From Eledone cirrhosa (taxonomy: Eukaryota): a stretch of DNA of 64,000 nucleotides. The translations under genes and the position numbers were made by a program. Where the stretch lies: the NCBI GenBank assembly GCA_964016885.1, contig OZ024743.1:180668001-180732000 (forward strand), in the 5' to 3' direction. Under the pieces are notes generated by a model that saw only the letters and a list, made by a program, of their open reading frames with translations, did not search any database and had not been told where the DNA came from. This document shows positions 41,846-55,231 of the stretch, piece after piece (positions within the stretch are counted from its first letter, which is position 1; every line of letters starts with the position of its first letter).

Positions 41846-42399
41846 CTTTCTCTACATCTTCTCTCTCTCTAATATTCTATCCTTCTCTATAAGATAAGTG
41901 CTGTGTTCAGACTTGGAAAGGGATGAGCTCCGCCAGACTGAAAATACCCATGAACGCGGCATGCCACTACAGCGCCCCTACGACTCTATCAGAAAATACG
42001 TGACCATACTATGCATTCTTGCATATTTAAACGTAAGCAGTGGCTTCGATGTTTCACTAAATGTGATTTTCAAACTGAATTTGGAAGATGAAAGGTGTGG
42101 AATATGGGACAAAATAACTCCAATCCAACAGGAGTGTGATGGCCCAGTGGCCATCACACTCCTGTTGAAGGAACCCTCCCTGGTTTACCTCCACCGATTT
42201 CTGTTTTGTTTTGATCATGTCAGTGGTGTAGCCAAACTGACCAGGCCATAGTTGGGGAGGGATTGCCGATTAAAAGCGAAATAACTATTATGGATAAAAT
42301 ATAATAATTAGGAAAGAGAAATAAATTAATAAGAATGATCAGAATTTGGTTGCATTGAATATATGGTAAGACTGAGAGAAATATTGATAGGAAAATGAT

Positions 42400-42620
42400 T
42401 TGCACTTGGAAGTTAAATACAAATTAAGACATGCAAGGCTCTCTCTTGACTGGAAGCCGGAAGATGGAAAAACGAAACGTGGACGCCCATTAATAGCATG
42501 TAAGAGGACAGTCCTGAAGGATCCAGGTGCAGAAAGGCTGAGCTGGGAGAATGCCAAATTTCTTGCAGAAGACCGCACAGAATGAAAATCTTTTGTTGCT
42601 GCCTAATCTTCCACGTGGAA
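42400..42620 (+). pseudogene. Decayed 3' end of an RTE-like LINE ORF
   Basis: RLSLDWKPEDGKTKRGRP...RTVLKD...LSWENAKFLAEDRTE. Confidence 0.7.
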
Positions 42621-43164
42621 CTAACATGGAAGATCAATCTATCGGATCGTGATCCCAGATCTTATTTGCGTACCAAGTGGGGTGGAACTCGTTACATTGG
42701 ACCAAGGAAACATTGTTTCCATTGTTTCCATTGGTCTTTTCATAAACTCTCTACCGGTCGCAACTCCTGGAAGAACACTCAAGGAAGAATATTTAAAATT
42801 TGAAACATTTTAACTGATTTATTTTCGTCCATCACTGCCTTAATCATATAGGCTTAGGAAAATATGGTTATTAGCAAATATATTTTCATTTGTGTGAGTT
42901 GAACATCTCTAAAATAGATAGAAATTAGTTGTACGAAAAAGAAGTGAATGATATTTGTTTTAAATTTAATAACTTGAATATAATGCTATATTTTAAAGAA
43001 ATTCTCGTTTTACTTTATTATACAATAATTAATTGAAACGAAAATGGATTAAATGGGTAACAAATAATAGTAAAAATTATGAAGTATTTTTGTTAAATTT
43101 GTTGGATATAACGACTTTAGCCAACGTGTGTTAATTGTTTTAAAAAATATATTGTTTACGTATG

Positions 43165-43330
<166 letters not shown>

Positions 43331-43559
43331 CCTATTTTTTTTTTGTTTCTTGCTACGTCCGAATAACATTAACAATGGCAACAACAAAAATAATCATTAT
43401 TATTGCCATGAACCAAGCAAAATGAACAAGAATTGTACATGACTGTGTGACTGTGTGAGTGTGTGTAGGGGGGGGGGGGCTAGATTTTTCTGCTTTCTGC
43501 TATGTCTGAATAACATTAACAATAACAACAACAAAAAGGATTATATCAAAGGGTAATAA

Positions 43560-44190
43560 ATGTTTCTACTTTTGGCACCAGGCCAGCAATTACCCAGTGC
43601 ATTACTGGTACTTTATTTTATCGACCTCGTAAGGATGAGAGGCAAAGTTAACCTTAGCGGGATTTGAACTCAGACCACAAAGGGCCGTAACTCTTTGCTG
43701 CAAAGCATGGCGTCAGACCCTCTACCGATAGTGCCAATCCAAAGGATAATAATGATAATGGTTTCTGATTTAGACACAAGGCCAGTAATTTTGGGGAAGA
43801 GGAAAGTCGATTAAATCGACACTAGATCATTACTGGTGCTTTATTTTATCGATCCCGTAGGGGTGAAAGGCATTTAAACACAGAACGTAAAGGGCTGTAA
43901 TTCTATACCGCAAAACATGTTGTCCGTCGCTCTACCGATACAGTCAATCCAGCGCTCTTATGCTTTATATATATAATTGTTTATACTTTAAGCACAAAGC
44001 CAGCAATTGAAGGGGAGGGGAAAAGTTGATTAAACCGACCTCGGTGCATTACTGGTACTTTATTTACCGATCCCGTAACGATGAAAGGCAAAGCTAAATT
44101 CGGCGGAATTTGAACTCAGAACGTAAAGAGCCGAAAGGAAATACTCCAAAGCATTTTTTCCGACACTCTACCGATTCTGCCAATCCACTG
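43560..44190 (-). mobile_element. Three tandem tRNA-derived SINE copies (~43560-43741, 43760-43955, 43978-44190)
   Basis: Each has gcacaaggccagcaatt..actggtactttattttatcgac..gatgaaaggca..tttgaactcaga..ctctaccgat..gccaatcc. Resembles the abundant octopus SINEs (from recall, not searched). Confidence 0.82.
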
Positions 44191-45022
44191 TTCTGCTCTA
44201 ATATTTTATATATAATGACAAGGGATCTATTACTTTCATCTCACTTTTTTAGTATTCAACGTAAAAATACGAACTCAAATGAAAGAGCATCAAAGCCAAT
44301 TCCTGCCATTTTCAATTACTTGTTTTTATTATATCCAAAACCCAACTATGTCTAAAGGCAGTATACTGAATAAATGATATCAGTTTTACAGGAAAATCAA
44401 AATAGCAATTAACGTTTAAGAAAATACTTATTAAAAAGTTCATGGTTTACAAGCAATAGATGCTTGGATATGGATCATGGATATAATTCGTAAAAACGTT
44501 ATTGTTATTCCTCCGGGACTGAAGCTACTTTCATCTAATACAGGTAATAAGTACTAAAAACAAATATGGAATGTGACATTTTCTATATCATGTCAATTAC
44601 ACTTAATAAGAATTTCCATACATATTCATGCATAAATGAATACATAGGCAGATGTATTCTCCTTCGTCCACTTTAAGTTATAAACCTATCCAAAACAATC
44701 GCTTTAAACATATCACTTAAATTTTGGTGAATATAAATATATATATATATATACAAAATACAAATATAGATATGTGTGGGGGGGGGGGCATATATATATA
44801 TATATATATGTATGTACATTGGAAAATATATAGAGAATTTATTTCACAAAACATGGTGTGTTAGCAAATCAATAATCCTAACAAGTACTAAAATATATAT
44901 GGAGTTCGATTCATCAAGTATTTGAAACCGGATGAAACCGGCTGAAATGCGTCCCTTCCTTTGTAAGAGATATCTCAAAGTTCGTAGATATACATACATT
45001 CACACACACACACACACATATG

Positions 45023-45073
<51 letters not shown>

Positions 45074-45117
45074 AAGTTAAATAAAAGTCAAATGATTAAA
45101 ATTTAGCTTCGTTTATT

Positions 45118-45172
45118 ACTGCTATATATATTTCAGTGACAGCCATCTTTGGCTGTGACCTCTTCAGGCAGT
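45118..45172 (-). ncRNA. Type I hammerhead ribozyme with (AU)4 stem III
   Basis: Minus strand ACTGC-CTGAAGA-GGTCACAGCCA aaga TGGCTGTCACT-GAAA-TATATA-TA-GCAGT. Confidence 0.87.
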
Positions 45173-45285
45173 TTGAATTAGTATGGTATAGACAAGTACA
45201 TATGTTGTTTAGGTGTATGATATTGTCAATACTCTGATATGCCTAGCTCCTTGTTGGGTTGTTAATTCACTGGGGAACTGGAGTC

Positions 45286-45453
<168 letters not shown>

Positions 45454-45501
45454 GTATATATATATATATACATATATAAATATATATATATAAATATATA
45501 T

Positions 45502-45610
<109 letters not shown>

Positions 45611-46823
45611 CATATATATATGTATATACATATATATATGTATATACATATATATATATATCTATATATAAAACAGAGGATGTCTGTCTGTGTGTCTGTT
45701 TCCCTAAAACTCGAGAAGTACCCAACCGTTTTTTTCAAACTTTACACATGTAACCCGTATGGCCCCGGAAGTGTTTTGAGCAAAAAAGAATTTCAAATTA
45801 TTCTGACCTAGGGATCGAATTAGTGAAGTGGCCAATGTCTGTACATAATGAGGGAGTGAGAGGGGAGAGAAAGAAACGGAGAGGCGAAGTGAAGAAGTGG
45901 CTCTCTACTCCTCCTCCTCCTTCTCCCCATTCGTCACAGCGTTTTTCGATAGAGGGGAGAAATGTGAACGAGTTACAGAGAGAAAGAGTGAGAGTGAAAG
46001 AAACAGACAGACTAAAAGAGGGGGATAGCGAGAGAGTGTGTGTGACAGACGCCGTCTTTTGAGAGTTGTATGCGTCAAAGATGCATGACAGTGGAATAAC
46101 TATTGCGTTTTTGTGTGAGTTTGTGTGCGTTTGCATGCGTGAGTGTGTATGTGTGCGTGAGTGATGATAAACTCTCACATGGTCTGATGGAATTAACCCT
46201 TTAGCATTTACATTACTCTATATATGCTATATTATTTTCATGGTAAAAGCTTTATCTCACATAATATAAAAATCTCATTTATTATTTATTTTGAGAACAA
46301 TACCTTAACCCTTTAGTATTAATGTGAGTGAGTTATAAAGAGAAAGAGTGAGAGTGAAAGAAACAGACAGACTAAAAGAGGGGGATAGCGGGAGAGAGAG
46401 AGAGAGACGCTGGAAGAGGGGAAGGAAAGCTATAAGTAATTAACACGTGCGCGTGTGTGTGTGCGTGTGTGTGCGCGCGAGTGTGTGTGTGTGCGCGCGC
46501 GCTTGTGCGTGTGTGTGTGTGTGCGCGCAGGGTTCCATTATGAGTTAAATCTATTAACATGTGTGTGTGTGAGTTTGCGTGCGTTTCTGCGTTTGCGTGC
46601 TTCAGTGTATGTGTGTACTTGCGTGTGGCGTTTCTTTACGCCATTTTTGTCACTGACAACATATTCACTAACTTACACTCATTCCAACCGCTGCTCTTAC
46701 TGTTACCCCCTCTCCCTATCCGTACCCTGTTCGGAAATCACATGCATCGGTTTTTAATTCACTGACGAGTTTACTCCTTACTCTACCAGTGAGTTTCAGT
46801 GTACTTCGTACTGCTTTTAGGTC

Positions 46824-49800
46824 ATGCCTCGAAGGAAGAGATACTCCATTGGCCGAAAAACTGTGAAAGCAGCAACAACAAGAACAGGACGGGCAAACGA
46901 ATCGTCAGTGGAATCTGCTATTTGACGGTCGCAAGATGCTAAACGTACTGCAACCAGAAGAGCACTTGAAACAGACAATCAACGAACCATTCGCCGAACC
47001 GCTAATGCCGCAATCAACTTCTGTTGCACAAGCAGCCGAGACGGACGACCAGCGTAAAAGACGTCGGAGTACGGATACTGCGAATACTGCTGCTGCGCGA
47101 GCTGCCGAGACGTACGACCAGCGTAAAAGATGTCGGAGTACGGATGCTGCGAATACTGCTGCTGCGCGAGCTGCCGAGACGTACGACCAGCGTAAAAGAT
47201 GTCGGAGTACGGATACTGCGAATACTGCTGCTGCGCGAGCTGCCGAGACGTACGACCAGCGTAAAAGATGTCGGAGTACGGATACTGCGAATACTGCTGC
47301 TGCGCGAGCTGCCGAGACGTACGACCAGCGTAAAAGATGTCGGAGTACGGATACTGCGAATACTGCTGCTGCGCGAGCTGCCGAGACGTACGACCAGCGT
47401 AAAAGATGTCGGAGTACGGATACTGCTGCTGTGCGAGCTACACAGACCTCGCAAGAACGAGACATTCGACTACAATGTAATGCTCAACGAAGGGCCTTTG
47501 GACAGGGTATTTCAAGGCCGTGTAGCTCACGATGGTCCTTGAAAGCATTCGAGTACAACCCTGACTCTGATTACATTGGCCATCCAGACATGCAAATTGG
47601 GAGTATGTCAAAGATGTGCTCTTTCTGCAATGCAAAAAAGTGGCCCGGAGAAACACCTGGCTTGTTTTGCGCAAGTGGAAAAGTAAAATTACGTCCCCTG
47701 GAGGATCCACCACAACCGTTGAAGCTCCTATATTCAGGCAGTACTGCGGGGTCACGGCATTTCCTGACTTACGGAAGTATAACTGTGCTTTCCAAATGAC
47801 ATCTTTCGGGTCGAACATTGTCAAGGAATGCGGATTTATGCCCACATTTAAGGTTCAAGATAAGGTGTACCATAGAATCGGATCCCTCCAACCTGCCGCC
47901 AATCAAGAACCTCAATTTCTTCAGCTGTACTTTGTTGGTAATGTCAACGAGCAGGCAGCCATGAGGAACTCCATTTCACCCGGTACCAATGTCGATTTAT
48001 AAGGAAATTGCAAGACATTCTGCACACAAAAAACAGCTGTCATTAGCTTCAAGTATGCCTTGGAAGCAGATACCACAGCCAATTTTAATGTGGTAATTTA
48101 TGCCTCGAAAATTCCATCTGGGGAGCATCCGGGTCGGTATAATTATGCTGCATACAATGAAATCGCTCTACTTATGCATGGGGGTCAGCATAATCCACGA
48201 GACATTGTCCTCAAGCGTCGAGATAGCACTCTTCAGCGAATCAGCGAAACACATAGGTCTTACGATGCGTTCCAGTATCCACTTCTCTTTGTAAATGGTG
48301 AGGACGGCTATCAGTACGGAATTCACCAGCATAATCCAGTAAACACTCAACACTCCGTCAAAAAACCAGTTTCATGCATGGATTTCTACTCCTACCGCTT
48401 CATGGTTCGCCACGATTCCTTCAATAACCTGCACCAGTCAAGAGATCTACTTCAGCAATTTGCCGTTGATATGTGCGCAAAAATGGAATCGGAGAGACTG
48501 TGTTTCATACGGTCACACCAAAGGCAACTGCGGTCCGAGAGCTACATCCATCTCCGAGATGCCATCAACAATGACGCAGCTCCCAACAGCGTAGGAAAAG
48601 TCTGCATTCTCCCCTCCACCTTCACCGGAAGTCCGCGCTACATGCACGAGAGAACGCGGGATGCTATGACCTACGTACGGCATTACGGCAAGCCCGATCT
48701 GTTCATTACATTCACTTGCAATCCAAATTGGAGGGAGATCGGGGCAGAACTGTTCCAAGAGCAACAGGCCAAAGACAGGCATGACCTCCTGGCCCGAGTC
48801 TTTCGGCTGAAGCTTATCAATCTCATGGAGCTCACCAAGAGAGGCCAAGTCTTTGGCCCAGTAAAGTGCGACATGTACACCGTAGAGTGGCAGAAGAGGG
48901 GCCAACCGCACGCACACATCCTCATTTGGCTGTCAACAAAAATATCTTCAAATGACATTGACAGCATCATCTCCGCAGAGTTTCCCGATCCGTCTATAGA
49001 CAAAGACCTCTATGACATAGTGAAGACAAACATGGTCCATAGTCCATGTGGGCGGGGCTTCAATTTAAGCTCACATTGCTTGAACGACAATGTTAGCAGC
49101 AAAAGATTTCCCCGAAAGTTCCTCCAAGAAACCCAGACTGGCGTTGACGGATACCCACTGTACAGGAGACGCCAATCCGGAGACGGTGGTTTTACAGCAA
49201 CAGTTGGACAGCACGAGGTCGACAACAGATGGATAGTACCATACTGCCCATTTCTTTCCAAGACCTTCGGTGTTCACATCAATGTCGAGTTCTGTAATTC
49301 CGTCAAGTCAATCAAGTACATATGTAAATATGTGAATAAAGGTTCAGACGCTGCTATGTTCGGTCTTCAACAGGACAACAGCCGTTATGAGGTCACGCAA
49401 TACCAAGTTGGCCGTTACATCAGCAGCAACGAGGCTTTCTGGCGTATTTTCGGCTTCCCTATACACCAAAGGTACCATGCAATTGAACAGCTCGCAGTCC
49501 ACCTCGAGAACGGTCAAAGGGCGTATTTCACTGACGTTAATGCTGTTCAAATGGTGGAGGAACCACGGGAAACGACCCTCACTGCATTCTTCAAACTTTG
49601 TCAGGCCGATTCATTTGCTCAAACCCTGATGTATCCTCAAGTGTCGTCCTATTACATGTGGAATAAAAAACAATGGGTTCGCAGAAAGATTGGTCAGCCT
49701 GTTGATGGACATCCTGGCATAAAGTTTGACAGTTGCCTAGGGAGAGTATACACAGTGCACCCGAACCAGCATGAGTGCTTCTACGTTCGTCTTCTGCTAC

Positions 49801-51658
49801 ATAAGGTTAGAGGACCCCAGTCCTTTCATGACCTTAGAACCGTCGACGGTTCTGTGTGCAGCACTTACAGGGAAGCTTGCTTCAAGCGCGGCCTGCTAGA
49901 AGAGGGTGCGCAGTGGGATGCCACTTTATTCGAACCTATTGCATCTCAATCGCCTATGCGCCTACGATCTCTATTTGCAGTACTGCTGCAATTTGAGAAC
50001 TGAGTAACCCTATCTCTTTATGGCTCAAGTATAAAGATGACTTATCCGAGGACTACAAACGTCAGGCGCAAGTGCAATACCCTGAGATGGAAGGTACCAG
50101 CGACGAGGTCTTCAATCTAGCGTTGATTGACATAGAGGATAGAGTTGTATCACTCGGCGGAAATTATTTGCCCTCATATGGTCTGCCCCAGACAATCCAT
50201 ACAGAGTCAAACGTACTTCCTACAGCTCTTCCCCGAGAAACGTCCTACGACGTCGATGCTCTTACCAAGTACGTCCTTGAAACTGAACCACAACTTCTTC
50301 CGGACCAACGTCGTGCTTACACCATTGTTGCCGACCATGTGCGCCACAGAAAAGGAGGTATGTTCTTTCTGGATGCTCCTGCAGGGACGGGCAAAACATT
50401 TTTAACGCGACTCCTCCTTGCAAAAGTCAGGATGCACAAGGACATTGCGGCTGCTGTTGCCTCTTCTGGAATTGCTGCCACTTTGTTGCCCGGTGGCAGG
50501 ACCGCACACTCCAGTTTTAAATTGCCTCTCAATTTAACAACGTCAGAAACGCCTACTTGCAGCATCAGCAAGACCTCCGACCAGGGTCATGTCCTAAAAC
50601 GATGTCAGCTCATTGTGTGGGATGAGTGCACCATGGCCCATAAGGGAGCTCTGGACGCATTAAACAGAACTCTAAAGGACATCAGAGGCTGCCAGACTCC
50701 CATGGGAGGTGTTACGCTTCTGCTTTCGGGTGACTTCAGGCAGACTCTTCCCGTCATTCCCAAAGGCACAAGAGCAGATGAGGTCCAAGCATGCCTAAAG
50801 TCCTCTCCTCTGTGGCGCCATGTCAGGACACTGATTCTTACAACCAACATGAGAGTTCAATTACACGGCGACCAAACGTCCGCAGAATTTGCACAGGACA
50901 TTTTGAAACTTGGCGACGGCAAAATAGCTATGGACGCTGCAGGAGAGCTGGAAGTGTGGCCATTTTCGACCTCAGTTAATTCTGCGGGGGAGCTGAAAGA
51001 CAAAGTGTTTCCAGATTTGAGAGACAATTACCAAAACCACGCATGGTTGTGTGAAAGAGCAGTGCTAGCTCCAAAAAATGTTGCTGTTAACAAAACCAAC
51101 GACCAACTACTGCACTCCCATCCTGGTGTTCTTCACACTTACAAATCTGTTGACACGATGCCAGATCCGAATGAAGTGGTGAACTTTCCGCCGGAGTTCC
51201 TCAATTCTTTGGAGCCCCCAGGACTACCGCTTCACATGCTTCTCCTTAAAGTTAGCACCCCTGTAATGCTGCTGCGGAATTTGGAACCACCAAGACTGTG
51301 CAACGGGACACGGCTGGCTGTAAAAAAATTGATGGGACATGTAATCGAGGCAACAATCCTTTCTGGGTGCGGAAACGGTGATGATGTCTTCATTCCGAGA
51401 ATTCCTCTCATTCCCTCGGGAGCAGAAATTCCGTTCACCTTCCGAAGACTCCAATTTCCACTTCGGGTCAGTTTTGCTATGTCCATCAACAAGTCCCAGG
51501 GCCAGACTCTTTCTGTGGCCTGACTTCTTCTGGAAGAACCGTGTTTCTCCCACGGACAATTGTACGTTGGGTGCTCTAGAGTGGGCAGCAGAGAAAGTCT
51601 TTTCACATTTGCACGCCGAGGAAAAACAAGAAACATCGTTTACAACGAGGTGTTGTAA
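46824..51658 (+). pseudogene. Helitron Rep(HUH-Y2)/PIF1 helicase, several stops and frameshifts
   Basis: MPRRKR start, CSFCNAKKW..E....CASG zinc finger, GKPDLFITFTCNP, VEWQKRGQPHAHIL, KYICKYVNKG, DAPAGTGKTF, IVWDECTM, GDFRQTLPV, FAMSINKSQGQTL, FSHGQLYVGCSRV. Confidence 0.95.
47032..47440 (+). repeat. 69-bp in-frame minisatellite x ~6 in the Helitron N-terminus
   Basis: Unit starts at 47035, 47104, 47173, 47242, 47311 and 47380. Encodes AAETYDQRKRCRSTDTANTAAAR. Confidence 0.95.
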
Positions 51659-52438
51659 ATGCAACAGCGAGGAGATAGGTCCGTAATCACCATTTCTTTA
51701 GCCAGCCTGGTGAGCTTTTAAACAGTCTCTTAACTAAAACGTATGTTTCCCCCGGTTAAAGGTGATCGCCCTCAGAGAGGAACCCAGCTTGACAATCGGC
51801 GCAGCAATTTAAGGCGGTTGAACAAATCGTGAACGCATACAGAGTCATTCTAATGGCTGCCAATGAACGCAACTAAGTACTTTTTGCGGCCGTTGGAGAA
51901 CGCAGTCAAAGTCCTTTCAAGGGCTGCAAGTGAACGATCAAACGGCCCTTTTTAGGGCCAAAATTGTTGATGGTGAGCCCTCATTTTTAGGGCTGTCAGT
52001 GAACGCACACACAACCCTATTTAAGAGGCCCTACTTAAAATTGTTTGATGGCTACAGCAATGGTAAATTCATATCGACCAGCATCTACTAAAACAGTGTT
52101 ATAGGCGATACAATGGACAGACAGGTACGTTATCGCTCTTCTTAACAAGCCCTGTTTACCTTTACTTATTTTTCCTAACAACATTTGCTTCCTTTCGTTA
52201 AAGGTGAACACAAACACGACCCTTTCTTAGCCCCCCTCCCCTCCTTCATGAAATTGGAAATTTATTTTGCTCACAACAATTATTTTTTTTATGAACTCAG
52301 AATTGATTTCATCGTGTGTCCCAATTGAAGAATAAATTGAATTTTGAATAACACATTTCTATACAACATATTTTGCTCTTTTCTTCTAATATGTAAGGAA
52401 CAATTTCATTCCCGGGCAACGCCGGGTGCCTGTGCTAG

Positions 52439-52478
<40 letters not shown>

Positions 52479-52523
52479 TATATATATATGTATATATACA
52501 CACATATATATATATATATATAT

Positions 52524-52582
<59 letters not shown>

Positions 52583-52586
52583 CATA

Positions 52587-52620
<34 letters not shown>

Positions 52621-52745
52621 CATATATATATACATATATATATATATATATGTATATATATATGTATATACATATATATATGTATATACATATATATATA
52701 TATGTATATATATATATATGTATATACATATATATATGTATATAC

Positions 52746-52779
<34 letters not shown>

Positions 52780-52804
52780 GTATATACATATATATATATG
52801 TATA

Positions 52805-52854
<50 letters not shown>

Positions 52855-52878
52855 TATGTATATACATATATATATATT
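52439..52878. repeat. (TA)n microsatellite (Helitron target; left part 45286-45660)
   Basis: Direct reading. Confidence 0.97.
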
Positions 52879-53829
52879 ATTCTCTAATTGCCTTCATAAA
52901 GCCTTGTCTACATTTCAAGCCCCCCATAAGACCAGGAAAAAACACTTAGCAACTAAACTTGGTTTTTAGACGTACATAATCAACAGTTGAAAACCTTAAT
53001 GGCCTTTAATATTGCTTTATCTTATAACTATCTATAAAAGAAATAACGTTTGAATGAATGACACTTGTTTAATAACATGCTGACACGTTGATATACATAA
53101 CATAATATTATTAACTTTGATCCATACCATTATTTCTCTATCTTTCATTCTATCTTTATTTTTCTATCTATGTTTTAAATATAGTTCAAATATCCAACCA
53201 GTAAATCTCTACGGACCTTATTTTGAACTGTGAATAATTCATGCGTTTACACTCCTTTATTTATATATATGTATGTATTTAACTTTTGCATGTTTTTAAG
53301 TATACCTATCTTTATTTTTCTATATTTGTTTTAAATATAGCTCAAATATCCAACCTGTAAATTTTTACAGACCTTATTTTGAACTGTAAATTATTCATGC
53401 GTTTAGACTCTTTTATATATATATGTATGTATTTAACCTTTGCATGTTTGAATCTATTATATAAGATTATAAACGTTATCATTTACCAAAAGTATACTGT
53501 CTCATTAATACTTAGTATATCTCTCTATACCTAATTTTTTTGCAAATATATATTGTATAATAGCAAAATCATATTATTACTTTCGTATATTTCTGCATTT
53601 GGTTTTTTTACATCTATATTTATAATGTATAATAACTAAATCACAATTACCGTTTCGGTTTAACGCTATATATAGTTTGTGCAAATATAGATATATTGTA
53701 CAATAACATATCCATTATTTAGGTTTCATTCCTCCCATGAAGGTAGAACTAATATAGTGATTTAATATAATATAATAAATATTAATTTATTACGATAAAT
53801 GCATATATATATATATAAAATATTAAACA

Positions 53830-53979
53830 AATAATGAATAAAACAATGAAACAGTTCCTTATATTAAACAAAAAAAGTTCATTATTTAACGATCGTTTCT
53901 AGGATATATATGTGTTAGAATTGGCATGCATATTCAACAGATCTATGTACAAAATTATACAAAATTATACAAACTATCA
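53830..53979 (-). repeat. Truncated inverted copy of the 33460-33660 HHR repeat
   Basis: Reverse complement of about 33509-33657. Lacks the CTGAAGA half. Confidence 0.88.
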
Positions 53980-55231
53980 CTCTTATAGGTAATTTTTGTT
54001 AAGGATTACTTTTAAGGGAATATTCAATAGTGTATATCTCTCTTTCGCAGGCCTAATACATCCTTTAATTTTGTTTTCATAAAATTCAGAATTTTAGAAA
54101 TGTAACACATTTAAAAAATTTATAAAATCTATAAAATTAATAAATATAAATAACCATCAACTTTTAAAAACTCCCTCAATCTATATGGGCAGTAACAACA
54201 CCATAGGTTGGGAACTCCCCTCAAGCCATAGGGACCAACCCAGGCTGAGCAGACACCATGATAGCCTAGAGATTGATGCTGACACAGCCTTTATAATTTG
54301 GCCAACATCTTTATAACACATACACATTTTAATTTACTTGATTTTTGATTTTTCATTTTTGATTTCTCATTATTCATTTGTTATTTGTTTTCTGTTTTCT
54401 TCACTTTATCACCTTATATATAAATATAAGTTGAGATGGGTTATAACACACACACATTTTATTTGATTATCCTATTTCGTTTTATTCTTTTACCATCTTG
54501 TTCCTCCTACCACTCTATCCAACATTTTTCTGACCTTCAGATTGGTTATAGCACACACACATTTTATCTTCTTTTATTTGAAGCTTCATTTTATTTTTCA
54601 CTTTTCATTTTCATTTTACATTTTCCATATTCATTTTTCATTACTTTTCATTACTTTTTCATTAATTTTTCATTTATTCTCTATTTATTATTTATTTTCT
54701 GTTTTCTTCATTTTATTGCCTTCTATTTCTTCATATACATGGCAGAACCCCCCGCAACACACACACCACACCACCACCACCAACACCACGAGAGATGGTC
54801 GTAGGAGCGATGAAGAAACACACACACAGATAATTCTAAATTGTCAGCAGCAGCAAGACATAAGTTGACCACAACACCAACAACACTACCAAAATAAGGG
54901 TAGAGGTCAGATGTACTTAACAATAACAAACACAAACACTACAGGGAGCCTCACCCCAGAAAGAATTTCTGTAGACTTTGGACTGAGGAATGCTCTCAAA
55001 ACTGACCAATGGGAAGTTTGATCTTACAAATCTTTATAACATTGAGATGGGTATAACACACACACACATTTTAATACCAACTGCACCGAGAACAACGGGG
55101 GCAACAAAGACAACAATGATAACAGCGTCAGTGCTAACAACAACACCAACAAGAACAACGTCAACAACACCCTCAACGAAAACAAGACTACTTTCGCTGC
55201 GGCAGCAGCAAAAAAGAGGCCATGCTTCAAC

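Larger units (their letters stand above)
45661..52438 (+). mobile_element. Full-length Helitron (decayed autonomous)
   Basis: 5' TC (tctatatataaaa), 3' hairpin cccgggcaacgccggg 52411-52426 then CTAG 52435-52438, inserted between A and T in (TA)n, no TSD, RepHel coding region. Confidence 0.95.

Noticed and set aside
41898-42251. 117-aa ORF as a host exon
   Set aside because: No recognisable domain or supported splice structure, and it lies among decayed repeats.
44910-44960. HHR-like ccgg..ccgg-ct-gaaatgcgtc; also 21165-21215 (-) and 33378-33415
   Set aside because: The core is incomplete and there is no convincing stem I.
47032-47440. Regular repeat array resembling CRISPR
   Set aside because: Contiguous 69-bp units without unique spacers, in frame within the Helitron ORF. 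Eukaryotic context and no cas genes.
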